A stretch of 64,000 nt of DNA from an uncultured Nitrososphaerota archaeon (GCA_964408285.1 CAYOYV010000001.1:192001-256000), one strand, 5' to 3'. Positions 17,733 through 28,061 are shown, counted from the first letter of the stretch. Notes: generated by a model not told the origin, from the sequence alone. Numbers and translations: made by a program.

Positions 17733-20597
17733 ATGGAGGCAATTCCTCAGGAGGATCGCAAGATACTCGACTCATTCACACAGCAGGTGAGGGAGGCAAT
17801 AATGAGAAAGGGAATTGTCCCCTTCACCGAAATCCAGAGAAAGGGTATGCCGGCAGTTCTCTCGGGTTCGAATGTCCTAATGGTTTCTCCCACAGGGACG
17901 GGGAAAACTGAGGCTGCCATGTTACCAGTATTTCACTTCCTCAAGACTCGTGTCTATGAGCCGGGCACAGGCTTCAGGGTCCTCTACATAACGCCCCTGA
18001 GAGCGCTAAACAGAGATCTTCTTGACAGGCTCTCTTGGTGGTCAACGTTTCTGGATATTGGGTTGGGAGTGAGGCACGGAGATACTCTGAAGACTGAGAG
18101 AGAGCATCAAGCCCTTCATCCACCAGAAGTTCTCGTCACTACACCCGAGACATTCCAGATCCTGCTTGTCGGAAAGCGACTATCGTCCCATTTGAGACAA
18201 GTCAGGTGGGTGGTGATAGATGAGATTCACGAACTGGCGGAAGACAAGAGGGGGACCCAGCTGGTCGTGGGGCTTGAGAAGCTCCTTGAATTAGCTGGAT
18301 CACCGATTCAGGTCATGGGGCTTTCTGCGACAGTAGGAGACCCATATCTCTTGGGTCGATTCATGGTCGGAGAGGGCCGACGATTCGTGGTCGCTGAAGC
18401 AACTCCGGAGAAATCCCTCGAAATTGATCTTGCGATCCCAGAACCGGACAGAGATGACTTTAGGTTGTCTGAGGAAACGTTCGAGAATCCTTCTGTCCTA
18501 GCCAGACTTAGATTCATGGATAAGGAGATCCGTGAGCATGAGTCAACGTTACTTTTCACGAATACGAGGGCAACGGCAGAAACACTTTCAAACAAATTCG
18601 TGATCTACAAGAGGAAATTACCGCTTGCGATCCATCATGGATCTCTTGGCATAAGCACCAGACTGATCGCCGAAAGGGGACTCAAGGGCGGGACGTTCAA
18701 GGGCGTCGTTACTACGTCTAGCCTAGAGTTGGGGATAGATGTGGGGCTGGTTGATTTCGTTTTGCAGTATGGATCACCAAGGCAGGCAACGCACCTAGTG
18801 CAGAGGGTCGGCAGGAGCGGCCACGCTGTCAAGGGGGTGTCAAAGGGCGTCATTGTAGCCATAGACGAGGAGGACCTGATGGAGGCCATAGTCCTCCGCA
18901 ATAGGGCCCTGAGAAAGGATCTGGAGCGAATTGAGATCCCGATAGGTCCTCTTGATGTGATTGCCCATCAGGTCGCTGGTCTTGTAATGAGGAGGGGCAA
19001 CTGGCACTTGGAAGAAATAGTGGATCTCCTAAGAAGGTCCTTTCCCTATTCTGAACTCTCGATTGATCAGGCCTCCTCTGTGATGCAATTCATGCACTCG
19101 AGATATCCCTCACTTCTGTCCTACGATCAGAGGAGCGGAATAGTAAGGAGAGGAACCTCAAGTGCATCACTCTACAAGTTCTACTTCGATCACCTCTCGA
19201 CAATACCAGAAGTCAAGCAATACCTAGTATCAGATGCGAAAAACAAGGAGGTAGTGGGGATACTGGACGAGGAATTCGTTGCAGAAAAAGGACTTCCTGG
19301 AACAAAGTTCGTCATGGCAGCGAAAGTCTGGAGTATAGACAGTGTAGAGGCCGGCAAGGTCATCGTAAACCGAATGGAGGACCCCTCTGGAGCAGTACCC
19401 TTCTGGCAAGGAGAAGAGATACCGGTCAAATTCGAGGCAGCTCGGGAAGTGGGGAAGTTCAGGAGAGAGATATTGGAAGCCTTGCAGGAAGGCAAATCCC
19501 CTGATGAGATAGCCGACCTCATTGCGATTCGGGATTCCATCAGCAAATCAGTAGCACAGAAGGCGATAGAACCAGTGCTGGAATCGCAAAGAAGGGGCTA
19601 TCCCATTGCCACGGATCAAGGAGTGGTGATTGAGCTCTGGACGGATAAGCTGATCTTTCATGCCTGCAATGGGGATCAAGTCAACTCAGCTTTAGCAAAG
19701 ATACTGGGGACCCTTCTCTCGGATGCTGAGCATGTGATTGCCACCAGCAGGGATCCCTACAGAGTGATAGTGGACTATGAAATCGAACCTGAGAGAGCTT
19801 TGACTGAGATTCTTTCATTGAATGAGCAACGCATCGAGGAACTGCTAGTCTCAGGAATAGAATCAGTGGGTCTATTCAAGAGACGTCTTGTCCATGTCGG
19901 CAGAAGATTTGGAGTGATCAGCAAGGAGGCAGACCTAACTTCAGGCGATGTGGACAAGCTAGCACTTGAACTGAAGGGAACATGCGTATTCGAGGAGGCT
20001 AGGAAGGAACTGATGCAGAAGGACTACGATTCAACGAACCTGGCTAGGTTTATCGGAGAGCTGAAGAAAGGATTGCTAGATGCAAAATTCATTTCAGGAT
20101 CTGGGGAAGCTTCCCCCTTTGCCGCATATGCCCTGAGGAACGTCGAGAGGAAGGTAGATCTATTTCCTCCGGACAAAGCTGACAAGATTCTCCTTAAGTA
20201 CGCAATGGCGAGGCTGAAGAACCAGGTCCTCCATCTGATGTGCACGGAGAATCTCCACTACTTGGGACCCTTTAGGGTCTCAGACATCGAATTCCCACTA
20301 CGATGTAACTTGTGTGGATCAGGCTATGTCGGCGTGATCCCAGAAGAAGAATCTGCAAGAATGGCGAAGTTCAGACCCAGATCAAGAGCTGGCAAACTCG
20401 CATTGGATAACGCGAGAAAGAGTTCACTGCTTCTCTACAGGTACGGTGAACCGGCAGCACTAGCTCTTGCCAGTAGGCTGTTGAAACTTAGGGACATAGA
20501 GGTCTTGCTCTCAGCAAACAAGAATGAGGAAGATCTGACGAGGTCCATTGTAGAACTGGAGAGGTCAAGAGCGTTCAAGAGGACGGGATCTACCTAG
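17733..20597 (+). CDS. lhr: Lhr family SF2 helicase with C-terminal Zn finger
   Basis: SPTGTGKTEAA, YITPLRALNRD, IDEIHE, SSLELGIDVG, QRVGRSGH, CxxC. Confidence 0.93.
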   Translation: MEAIPQEDRKILDSFTQQVREAIMRKGIVPFTEIQRKGMPAVLSGSNVLMVSPTGTGKTEAAMLPVFHFLKTRVYEPGTGFRVLYITPLRALNRDLLDRLSWWSTFLDIGLGVRHGDTLKTEREHQALHPPEVLVTTPETFQILLVGKRLSSHLRQVRWVVIDEIHELAEDKRGTQLVVGLEKLLELAGSPIQVMGLSATVGDPYLLGRFMVGEGRRFVVAEATPEKSLEIDLAIPEPDRDDFRLSEETFENPSVLARLRFMDKEIREHESTLLFTNTRATAETLSNKFVIYKRKLPLAIHHGSLGISTRLIAERGLKGGTFKGVVTTSSLELGIDVGLVDFVLQYGSPRQATHLVQRVGRSGHAVKGVSKGVIVAIDEEDLMEAIVLRNRALRKDLERIEIPIGPLDVIAHQVAGLVMRRGNWHLEEIVDLLRRSFPYSELSIDQASSVMQFMHSRYPSLLSYDQRSGIVRRGTSSASLYKFYFDHLSTIPEVKQYLVSDAKNKEVVGILDEEFVAEKGLPGTKFVMAAKVWSIDSVEAGKVIVNRMEDPSGAVPFWQGEEIPVKFEAAREVGKFRREILEALQEGKSPDEIADLIAIRDSISKSVAQKAIEPVLESQRRGYPIATDQGVVIELWTDKLIFHACNGDQVNSALAKILGTLLSDAEHVIATSRDPYRVIVDYEIEPERALTEILSLNEQRIEELLVSGIESVGLFKRRLVHVGRRFGVISKEADLTSGDVDKLALELKGTCVFEEARKELMQKDYDSTNLARFIGELKKGLLDAKFISGSGEASPFAAYALRNVERKVDLFPPDKADKILLKYAMARLKNQVLHLMCTENLHYLGPFRVSDIEFPLRCNLCGSGYVGVIPEEESARMAKFRPRSRAGKLALDNARKSSLLLYRYGEPAALALASRLLKLRDIEVLLSANKNEEDLTRSIVELERSRAFKRTGST

Positions 20598-21142
20598 GCA
20601 CCGAATACATATCTGAGCATCTGCTTCAGATCCACTTCCGCATTCGTTCTCCATCCTATGATCATAAGATCGTCGTTTTCCTCCAGATATCCCCATCTTA
20701 TGTACTTAGAAATGAAGTTCCTGATCTTCCATTTTGGGAACTTCTGTGCCAGAGTCTCCTGGAGTTCCCTCCTATTGGCCTTTCCTCCCTTCGAGCTTAT
20801 TGTTGCCAAGCACATCGTCAGGCCTGCCAATTCGTCTATTGACCATCCCGAAGTCTTGACATCGGCGAGATGCAGCTGATCCGATATCGAAATAAGGAAT
20901 CTCGCGGATGAGAGTCTATCGTCGCTCTCGTCGAGGGCCAGTTCTGATCCATCATCTCCAATCGCTCTTATGCTCAAGCCGATGGGCTCGATCTGGGATT
21001 TCAGAAGCTTAACGATCTTGGGGTATCCAATACCGACTGACCTCTTGAGTTCCCATCCTTTGACCCCGGGAATCCTGTGGGACTTGAAGAATAGGAGCTG
21101 GGCCGTCCTCCTCAGCTTGTTTTCTAAAGTCTGCTGTTCCAA
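20594..21142 (-). CDS. KITE-like (Nse1/Nse3/ScpB-type) tandem winged-helix protein
   Basis: Two winged-helix-like halves ending YIRWGYL...IIGWRTNAEVD (compare Nse1/MAGE GPRxxxE); third gene of the short-SMC operon. Confidence 0.6.
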   Translation of the reverse strand: MEQQTLENKLRRTAQLLFFKSHRIPGVKGWELKRSVGIGYPKIVKLLKSQIEPIGLSIRAIGDDGSELALDESDDRLSSARFLISISDQLHLADVKTSGWSIDELAGLTMCLATISSKGGKANRRELQETLAQKFPKWKIRNFISKYIRWGYLEENDDLMIIGWRTNAEVDLKQMLRYVFGA

Positions 21143-21143
21143 C

Positions 21144-21893
21144 TCACTTCACGATCATCACGAGGCTCTCTTTTTCCTTCGCCGTTTCCTGTGCTTTCCT
21201 GTCTGCGGCCACCACCCAAATCTTCCTCTGAAGAGGATCCTTCACAATGGTTGCATAGCCATAGGATAGCATGAAGCTTATTAGAATGGCTTTTCGAAGT
21301 CTCTCTGAAAGATTCCCCTTTCCCACAAGTTCCTCATAAAGCACCTTGTCGTCTCTTTTTTTCAACTCATCGTGCAGATCCTCTATCTCCTTCGTCATCA
21401 GCACTTCGTAGCTCACGCCCATTGATTTCAGATCCTGCCCGCTGAGAATCTCCGAAGATCTCTGCTTCATCTCGTATTTCTTCAAGGCACTCCAGTATTC
21501 AAACGAATTCCTCATCATCTGGTGGTTTAATACATCCCTATATGTAACTGGGGTCCAAGCTCTCAGCAGGGCTTGTGCAAGCCTGTCTGGGCTCGCCCCA
21601 ATCAGTGCAAGGCGTATCAGAAAGGGATCGACGTAGAGTATTGAGGATTTGTCCCTCAACGACCTGCTCTGCGCGTATATCAGAAGAGCAAGCCTGTAAA
21701 GCGCTTCCGTGTCGAGTTCGATGTGGGCGAAGTCTGTGCTCTTGTCGATCAGTTCGCCAAGTCTGGTCAGCTTCTGGTTCACGTCTAGGTCAAGCGGATC
21801 TGCCCCGCTTTCCATCAGTCTACCTAGTTCAGCTATCAGTCTTGACAACTGCTCCTTCATCCTGTCGTTCTCTTCACGTGTTTTCGACAACAT
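21144..21893 (-). CDS. Kleisin-like (ScpA/Nse4-type) protein
   Basis: N-terminal DPLDLDV helical motif; C-terminal ILISFMLSYGYATI winged helix; overlaps the short SMC gene. Confidence 0.6.
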   Translation of the reverse strand: MLSKTREENDRMKEQLSRLIAELGRLMESGADPLDLDVNQKLTRLGELIDKSTDFAHIELDTEALYRLALLIYAQSRSLRDKSSILYVDPFLIRLALIGASPDRLAQALLRAWTPVTYRDVLNHQMMRNSFEYWSALKKYEMKQRSSEILSGQDLKSMGVSYEVLMTKEIEDLHDELKKRDDKVLYEELVGKGNLSERLRKAILISFMLSYGYATIVKDPLQRKIWVVAADRKAQETAKEKESLVMIVK

Positions 21894-23709
21894 TAATCAC
21901 CGACTCCCCGCTCACTTTCTGAACGACCACGCCTATAGCGCTTTTCACGATTTCTGGGACCTGCCCAGGTGTAATCACCAGATATGATATCTCCGGATTC
22001 TGGATGGCTTCATGCTCGAGCAGCTTGAAGAAGGTTTCCCTGTTCTTAGGATCCATGTGTACGTCAAACTCATCCAAGCCCCTTATTGGTGAAGGGATCA
22101 CGGACTGCAAAGACAAAAGGAAGGAAATGACGGCCGCGCTCCTTTCGCCACCGCTCTGGGTGAAGTAGTTGAGTTCTGTGAGAGGAGAGCCACCGAAGCT
22201 GACCTTGATGGATATTCCCGCCTGATCCACATCATCCTGATTGACAAACGAGACCTGCCCCTCAGAGTCTATACTCCTCATCTTGTCTCGGAAGGATGCG
22301 CTTAGCATTTCCGCCAAGAGCGAGACTTGCTTCTTCCAAACGGAGATCATTTCGTTCATTTCCCTAAGAGCTGCTTCCTTGTTACCCTTCACGACCTCAG
22401 TTTTCTTCTGTATCTCGTCATAGGTGTTCTTGTATCCATCATATATCTCCTCTGCATTCTCTACCACTGGGCCCACGCTTGCCAACTGGATCTGGCTTGC
22501 CTCCTTATCCATGGCTATTTCATCGGTAGGCCTCACTAAAAGTGGCTGGGGGCCGCTTTCTTTGGCCCTTGAAGAGGACTCTGTCACCTTCTTCTGCAGC
22601 TCTTCTGCTTTTGTCTCGAGGCGTCGTGCGAGTTTCTCGAGTAGCTCTTTCCCTTTTTCAAGTACTGCCTGTCTGGATCTCATCGATGCGTACTCCTCTA
22701 TGAGATCCGTCACGTCCCTGTCGACATCTGAAATTTGCATTCCGATTTCATCGCGTGCATTCTGCCCTGCCGCGCCAAGACCTACGTAGAGGTCCGCTAG
22801 TCTCCTTCTTTTTGATGAGAGGGTCTGTTTTGTCTTGCCTGCCATCTCAGACGCCTTCTGGATCCTGCCATCATGCTTCAGGATTCTATCCTGAATCGCC
22901 TGCTGCTTCTTCACGAGGGACTCGAGTGAAGCATTGAGTTGCAGGTATGATGACCAAGCAAGCTCTATCTCCAGCTCAGTCAATCGTATTCTCAAAGAAT
23001 CCCTTTTCTTCAGTTTCTCCACCTCATTTGCCCAAGTTTCCAGAGTCGCCTTTGCTTCGGAAAGCAGAGCTGACACTGCCTTCTCCTCACTCGCAACAAA
23101 CTGGAGCTTCTCCTTGGACTGCTGCATCCTTTCTCTGAAGTTGAAAAGACCAACGGCCTTCTCTATCATCTGCAGCAATTCCTGGGGCGATAGTTTCACT
23201 ATCTGCTCCACAACATATTGCTGCATTATGATCAGCATGTTGTCGGGGTCTATTCCGAAACGATTCAGAATGTCTACGAGCTCAAGTTTGGTCGCTGGCC
23301 TGAAGTTTATCTGATGCCAATATTCGCCATCCTTTCGCAGATATCTTGTTATGACAAGCTCATCCGATCTAACCTCTGGAATGGGCCTTTTTCCCTCAAA
23401 GGCTCTGTTGTCGAAGACGAGCGTGATCCTCGCAATATCCTCTCCCCATCTTATCAGATCGCTTAATTTCCTGCTTCTCTCAGTGTGGGCCTGCCCAAGG
23501 GCAACTGAGAGTGCCAGCAGAATGGAGGATTTCCCCGCTCCATTCGGGCCCAGAATGAGATTCAGGCCGGGAGAGACAGGAATCCTAGCATATTTATAGG
23601 TCATGAAATTCTCCAGGATTAGCTCCCTAAGAAGGAGCTTCACGCCCTCTTTTGGCCTGGCTACCAGTCTCTCCATGGTGCCACTTTTTTCAGGCCCGTG
23701 TGAGTTCAT
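21874..23709 (-). CDS. Short SMC-family ATPase (Smc5/6-like, coalescin ClsN/arcadin-4 type)
   Basis: LENFMTY, Walker A GPNGAGKSS, signature QSGGERS, Walker B GLDEFDVHMD; only about 600 aa, no recognisable canonical hinge. Confidence 0.85.
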   Translation of the reverse strand: MNSHGPEKSGTMERLVARPKEGVKLLLRELILENFMTYKYARIPVSPGLNLILGPNGAGKSSILLALSVALGQAHTERSRKLSDLIRWGEDIARITLVFDNRAFEGKRPIPEVRSDELVITRYLRKDGEYWHQINFRPATKLELVDILNRFGIDPDNMLIIMQQYVVEQIVKLSPQELLQMIEKAVGLFNFRERMQQSKEKLQFVASEEKAVSALLSEAKATLETWANEVEKLKKRDSLRIRLTELEIELAWSSYLQLNASLESLVKKQQAIQDRILKHDGRIQKASEMAGKTKQTLSSKRRRLADLYVGLGAAGQNARDEIGMQISDVDRDVTDLIEEYASMRSRQAVLEKGKELLEKLARRLETKAEELQKKVTESSSRAKESGPQPLLVRPTDEIAMDKEASQIQLASVGPVVENAEEIYDGYKNTYDEIQKKTEVVKGNKEAALREMNEMISVWKKQVSLLAEMLSASFRDKMRSIDSEGQVSFVNQDDVDQAGISIKVSFGGSPLTELNYFTQSGGERSAAVISFLLSLQSVIPSPIRGLDEFDVHMDPKNRETFFKLLEHEAIQNPEISYLVITPGQVPEIVKSAIGVVVQKVSGESVINVVENT

Positions 23710-23774
23710 TAAAAATGTATCGCGATATTTCGAGTCAACGGTTATTAAGGTTGCCTGTGAGCGGAAAAGAGGAA

Positions 23775-24452
23775 TTGGTGCTCGCGGGCAAAATCTTCAA
23801 ACTTATGGAGAGGATCTCCATTGAACAGATAGCAGAGAAACTGAATGGATATAAGACAGAGACCCCGCTTGAGGGTACCGATATTAATCTCATCACAGAG
23901 ATAAGAGACCTCAGATCGTCCAAAAGCGGTTTGGAGGGGCTTATTGCAAGAGATGTCCCCGTCAGACTCTACAAGAGAGGACAGGTAGATATCTCATTTA
24001 GAACGATAGAAACTCCTTTTGCCTTCTACCTGAGGGAATCTGATATCTGCTTACTTGTGGTCGAGAAGAAGAACGCCGCCAATGCCCTTGCGAACAAATT
24101 CTCGGAGTTACTCTTCCTTTCGATTGGAGGCATATTGAATTGTCAGATCGAGTCAAAAGTCTTGGAGTCATACCATAGAAGCAACCCTGATGGCACAAAA
24201 GTGATGTTTTTTGATGGCCTCGGCATACCTAACATAGACAAGCTCTCACTATACGGGCCTTCTCTGTCGCAGACAGCCCTCTATTCGACATATATCTCAA
24301 GCGGCAGCATTTGGTACGCGGTACTGACTTCAAGCAAGTATGGATATGTGGTTGGATTGACCAGGGATTCGGTTGTAGTAGTCTTCAACAGGATCAGCGT
24401 AGACGACCTCATCTTATTCATTGGGGACGAATTACTTCAGCTGATCCACTGA
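23775..24452 (+). CDS. Conserved-looking hypothetical protein, divergent from the short-SMC operon
   Basis: TTG start about 26 nt after TTATTAAG; alpha/beta globular composition (MVLAGKIFKL...IDKLSLYGPSL...VVGLTRD). Confidence 0.7.
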   Translation: MVLAGKIFKLMERISIEQIAEKLNGYKTETPLEGTDINLITEIRDLRSSKSGLEGLIARDVPVRLYKRGQVDISFRTIETPFAFYLRESDICLLVVEKKNAANALANKFSELLFLSIGGILNCQIESKVLESYHRSNPDGTKVMFFDGLGIPNIDKLSLYGPSLSQTALYSTYISSGSIWYAVLTSSKYGYVVGLTRDSVVVVFNRISVDDLILFIGDELLQLIH

Positions 24453-24461
24453 GTGACTCTC

Positions 24462-25076
24462 CTAAGTCTTGCTTGATCGGCTTACGCTAGATGAAAGAGC
24501 AGAAAATTGCTGATCATCGAGCCAACCCATTCTGAAGAGAATATCGGCGACTTCCGAGATACTGAGAATCGTTATGAGCTTCATGTTCTCAGACTTGAGC
24601 AAGTTGGACCCTCCTTGTTCCTTGTCAAGGAGAACCAAGTACGCGCTCAAGAGGCCACCCTCGGTCCTCACCTGATGTGCTATCTCCATTGCCTTGGATC
24701 CTGTGGCAATGACGTCGTCAACGACTAAGATCCTTTCTCCCGGGAATAGATTGCCGATCACGGGCAATTCCTGCTTGCCAATGTGGTCCTTTCTGCGGAG
24801 TACTATGAGGGGCATGTTTAGTCTTTGGGCCATTCCCGTAGCAAGGGGAAGACCAGTAAAATCTGCCCCTCCTATCCTGTCGAAAATCAGATTCGCATCT
24901 CTTCTGATCACGTCTTGCATCATGTCGCACGCAAGTCTCAACCAGGTCGGTTCGGACCATAGCTTGGTCAGGTCTAGATAATAGGGAATTGGTTTTCCCC
25001 TGCCATCCTTGAAAAGCCCAAACTGTAGAGCTCCAGTCTGTGCAATTGCCTTTGCTACAGCTTCCTTCTCATTCAT
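24462..25076 (-). CDS. pyrE: Orotate phosphoribosyltransferase-like protein
   Basis: GALQFGLF, PYYLDL, PRPP motif ILVVDDVIATGS; catalytic loop is divergent. Confidence 0.72.
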   Translation of the reverse strand: MNEKEAVAKAIAQTGALQFGLFKDGRGKPIPYYLDLTKLWSEPTWLRLACDMMQDVIRRDANLIFDRIGGADFTGLPLATGMAQRLNMPLIVLRRKDHIGKQELPVIGNLFPGERILVVDDVIATGSKAMEIAHQVRTEGGLLSAYLVLLDKEQGGSNLLKSENMKLITILSISEVADILFRMGWLDDQQFSALSSSVSRSSKT

Positions 25077-25812
25077 AGATGCCGATCTCCCCGGGCTCTA
25101 AGATCATGACCCTTGCTCCTTTCATCTTCGTCTTGATTGCTGTAGCGAACTTGCCCAGGTCTTTGCCATGCAATGGCACGGCTAACTTCGGATTCACCAT
25201 CTGGCCAATGTCAAAAGCGCTTTTCGTCGACAGACCAGCGTCCAGACCGGTTGCGATGAAGGCAATGTCGGGTCTTTCGGTCTCGCCTATTACTCTCATC
25301 TCCTCGAAGGGTAAGGAGTCGCTCGCGTGATACAATTTCATTCCGTTCTCGAAGACAACGACATAGGTCAGAGGAGACTTCGCCGAAGGGTGATTGCTCC
25401 TGAAAGCCTTTATAGTAAGCATCTCAACGCTGGCTTCATCACCAGGTTTCATCGCCTTCAGATTCTCCCTCGGAAGAAATCTCTTCAGAAACATCGAGGA
25501 TGCTTCATCTGCAACAACAATAGGAAGATCGAACAGATCCTGCAATCCGTATGATTTAGCCTCTTTCTTCTCGGCCCTCTCCCTTGCCATCTTGAAAACC
25601 GACGAAATCAGATTCTCATCGAGATGATGTGAGTGCTCATGCGTTATTAGTATTACATCTGGGATTAGGAGGTTCTCAGCATCAAAGCGGGTAGGATCTA
25701 TGAGGACTGAATACATCGGCGATCTTATCAGCACACCCGAGTAGGGGTCTGTTCTCAGTATGGCGATTTGGGATTTGCTAAGGCTCCTGTCGAGTATGCC
25801 GTTATTGCTCAA
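25069..25812 (-). CDS. MBL-fold metallo-hydrolase
   Basis: LIDP, ITHEHSHH, YHASDS, AVPLHG. Confidence 0.85.
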   Translation of the reverse strand: MSNNGILDRSLSKSQIAILRTDPYSGVLIRSPMYSVLIDPTRFDAENLLIPDVILITHEHSHHLDENLISSVFKMARERAEKKEAKSYGLQDLFDLPIVVADEASSMFLKRFLPRENLKAMKPGDEASVEMLTIKAFRSNHPSAKSPLTYVVVFENGMKLYHASDSLPFEEMRVIGETERPDIAFIATGLDAGLSTKSAFDIGQMVNPKLAVPLHGKDLGKFATAIKTKMKGARVMILEPGEIGIYE

Positions 25813-25881
25813 ATCAAAGATGACGGCTTCGAGGTCCCTCTTAAATCTTTAATAAACCAAATCCTGGCCGAACACAGACTA

Positions 25882-26979
25882 TTGGGGGAGATTTCGCTGC
25901 CGTATGGCAACACCGATGTATTCTTCACAGTGGAAGCTGATGAGCTGCTGCTGAATAGAAGCCACAGACGGCCAAGACCGACCGCATTTCTATCGGAGGA
26001 AATTCATGAATTGGTGGATTCAGGGAGAAAGGTTGAAATGGCAATAGATGTGAAATTCCTCCTAGACGATGACCTAATCAATTCGCTTTCGCGGATCATT
26101 CATCACTTCAAGGAAAAGGGGGTTACGGTCAGCGCGAAGCTCATAGGGTCAAAGGGACTTGTTCTCTCCCTAAGTGAGGGCATTCTGGGTCGCATTGGTT
26201 TGGAGGAATTACCCACTTGCCAACCTACAGACAACATAGATCTCATATTGGGATTCTTCACCTCGTTTACATTTCTTGATTCTCTAAGGTTGCTCTGCAA
26301 CCTAGGAGTCAAGGAGGGAAGTGGGTTCATCGAGGACTCGATTGCAAAATACATTGAGCATGACGATTCCGAGGCCCTCTCAATTTTCCTTGATTCGGCA
26401 TTTTCGAGCGGATATCAGCTGCCCCCAATAATCTCCATCAGGGATCAGGATGGGGAATACAGAACCAGCATTCTGAGAGACAAGAGATCATTTCAAGAAA
26501 ATCTATCTTCCTGGAGGGGAGAGTCCATGTTGGAACTACCGAAAGATACGAATTGCCTGTTTGCCTCTCTAGGTGGCCAACCAAATGATCTTGTCCCAAG
26601 CCTAGGAATACCATACATGATAGATGTTGCGAACAGGCTTGATCTCGATGCCATGGGTTTTGCCGCCATCTGGAAGCACTCTGCCGCGGACATTGAAATG
26701 CTCCTTTCGAGAATCTCGGGCAGTGAGGAAACAGAATCAGGGTTGGAAGCCAAAACGCCATGGCAGAAAGTCATGGCGAATATGATCAAGGCGAAGAAGC
26801 CTGGCAAGAAGGTAAGACTTCTCACGTCCTTGCATCCTCTGGTGGTTGACAAAGTACTTGGTTGGAAGGCTACCTCAAGCGCGAACGAAACAATAGTCTC
26901 TCTAAGGAGAGCCGTTGAAACAAGACTGAGGCTTTGCGCTGTCGGAGATATCACCAACAATCGCCCGTCGAGAGCCTAG
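25882..26979 (+). CDS. Highly divergent LarA/DUF2088-like protein
   Basis: N-terminal EISLPYGNTDVFFTV and SLGGQPND resemble lactate-racemase-domain proteins; TTTAATAAA box upstream. Confidence 0.45.
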   Translation: MGEISLPYGNTDVFFTVEADELLLNRSHRRPRPTAFLSEEIHELVDSGRKVEMAIDVKFLLDDDLINSLSRIIHHFKEKGVTVSAKLIGSKGLVLSLSEGILGRIGLEELPTCQPTDNIDLILGFFTSFTFLDSLRLLCNLGVKEGSGFIEDSIAKYIEHDDSEALSIFLDSAFSSGYQLPPIISIRDQDGEYRTSILRDKRSFQENLSSWRGESMLELPKDTNCLFASLGGQPNDLVPSLGIPYMIDVANRLDLDAMGFAAIWKHSAADIEMLLSRISGSEETESGLEAKTPWQKVMANMIKAKKPGKKVRLLTSLHPLVVDKVLGWKATSSANETIVSLRRAVETRLRLCAVGDITNNRPSRA

Positions 26980-28061
26980 ATTCTAGTGAACGACACTAGA
27001 AGAATCGCAAGAGCCCCGATGACCTTCAGTTTTGAATTGATGGAGAGGCCGCTCACGTCGTCCAATGATCCTGGGTGCTCCCTGAATTCCCACGTAATGA
27101 GGACTAGGAGGGCCATGAGCCAAAAACCAAAGAAGAAAAGCACCGCTGCCGAAATGGCAGTGAAGATCATATGCAGTTTGCCTCCCAGAACGGCTCTCGC
27201 GATATGGCCACCATCCAGTTGCCCTCCCGGAAACAGGTTTATGAACGTGACAAGGAATCCCAACCACATCGGTAATCCTAGGACTCCCAGAACAGGAGCA
27301 AATCCCTCCATCCTGGGCAACAGGAGAGTTGAGACGATCTGCACGAAAGGTTGCACCTCCACGAATTGACCTCCTATCTGAGCTTCCAGACCAGGAATGG
27401 CTTCCAGTGGGATCATAAGAGCAGATCTGACTGCGAAATAGGTGACTATCATCGTCCCGATGAAGCCGTAGAAAGGGCCTGAAAATCCAATATCGACCAA
27501 CTCATCCCGATTCCTCGGTATTGCATTCTGCAGGATAACGGCCCCGAAAGTCGGGATCATGCCGGGAATCCCCGGAATGAAATAGGGTCCCCTTGTCGGG
27601 ATTCCAAGTTTCATCGAAGCTATCCTATGGCCTAATTCGTGCAGTCCGAATAGAACCAGAAAGGCAAAAACGTAGATAACTAGATCTGTGACGAGGGATC
27701 CCTCGGCGCCACCTGCAAGCTCAAGCGTCCTAAGTATCGGGTACCTCAGCAAGAAATCGGCACCAACCGTGATGCTTGTGAGAATCAGGGAACCCAATAT
27801 CCATGGCAAGTCATTGCTCGTCTGGCTAGGAAATCCTCCTGGTATGATTGAAAGCCTGACCTTGCCGTCAATCATTCTCAGGAGAGGGAGATATCCCCTT
27901 TCCCTCAGACTGTCATACAGTCTGAGGAAGCTTGTCTTTGTGGCCTCGTTTCTCACCACGAAGCTAATTCCTTCTGGAGCTGGCAGGAATTCGATCACCT
28001 CAAATCCACTCTGCGTCACGAGATCGGCAAGGTCAGACCCTAACATTACCCGTTCTGCCAC
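26976..28061 (-). CDS. Site-2 protease (M50) membrane metalloprotease
   Basis: HELGH, PTFGAVI, NLFPGGQLDGGH, multiple TM segments. Confidence 0.92.
   Translation of the reverse strand: MAERVMLGSDLADLVTQSGFEVIEFLPAPEGISFVVRNEATKTSFLRLYDSLRERGYLPLLRMIDGKVRLSIIPGGFPSQTSNDLPWILGSLILTSITVGADFLLRYPILRTLELAGGAEGSLVTDLVIYVFAFLVLFGLHELGHRIASMKLGIPTRGPYFIPGIPGMIPTFGAVILQNAIPRNRDELVDIGFSGPFYGFIGTMIVTYFAVRSALMIPLEAIPGLEAQIGGQFVEVQPFVQIVSTLLLPRMEGFAPVLGVLGLPMWLGFLVTFINLFPGGQLDGGHIARAVLGGKLHMIFTAISAAVLFFFGFWLMALLVLITWEFREHPGSLDDVSGLSINSKLKVIGALAILLVSFTRI

Noticed and set aside
25515-25590. Apparent in-frame insertion in the MBL hydrolase as a second mRNA intron
   Set aside because: No 4-bp helix flanked by 3-nt bulges could be drawn, and the frame is intact.
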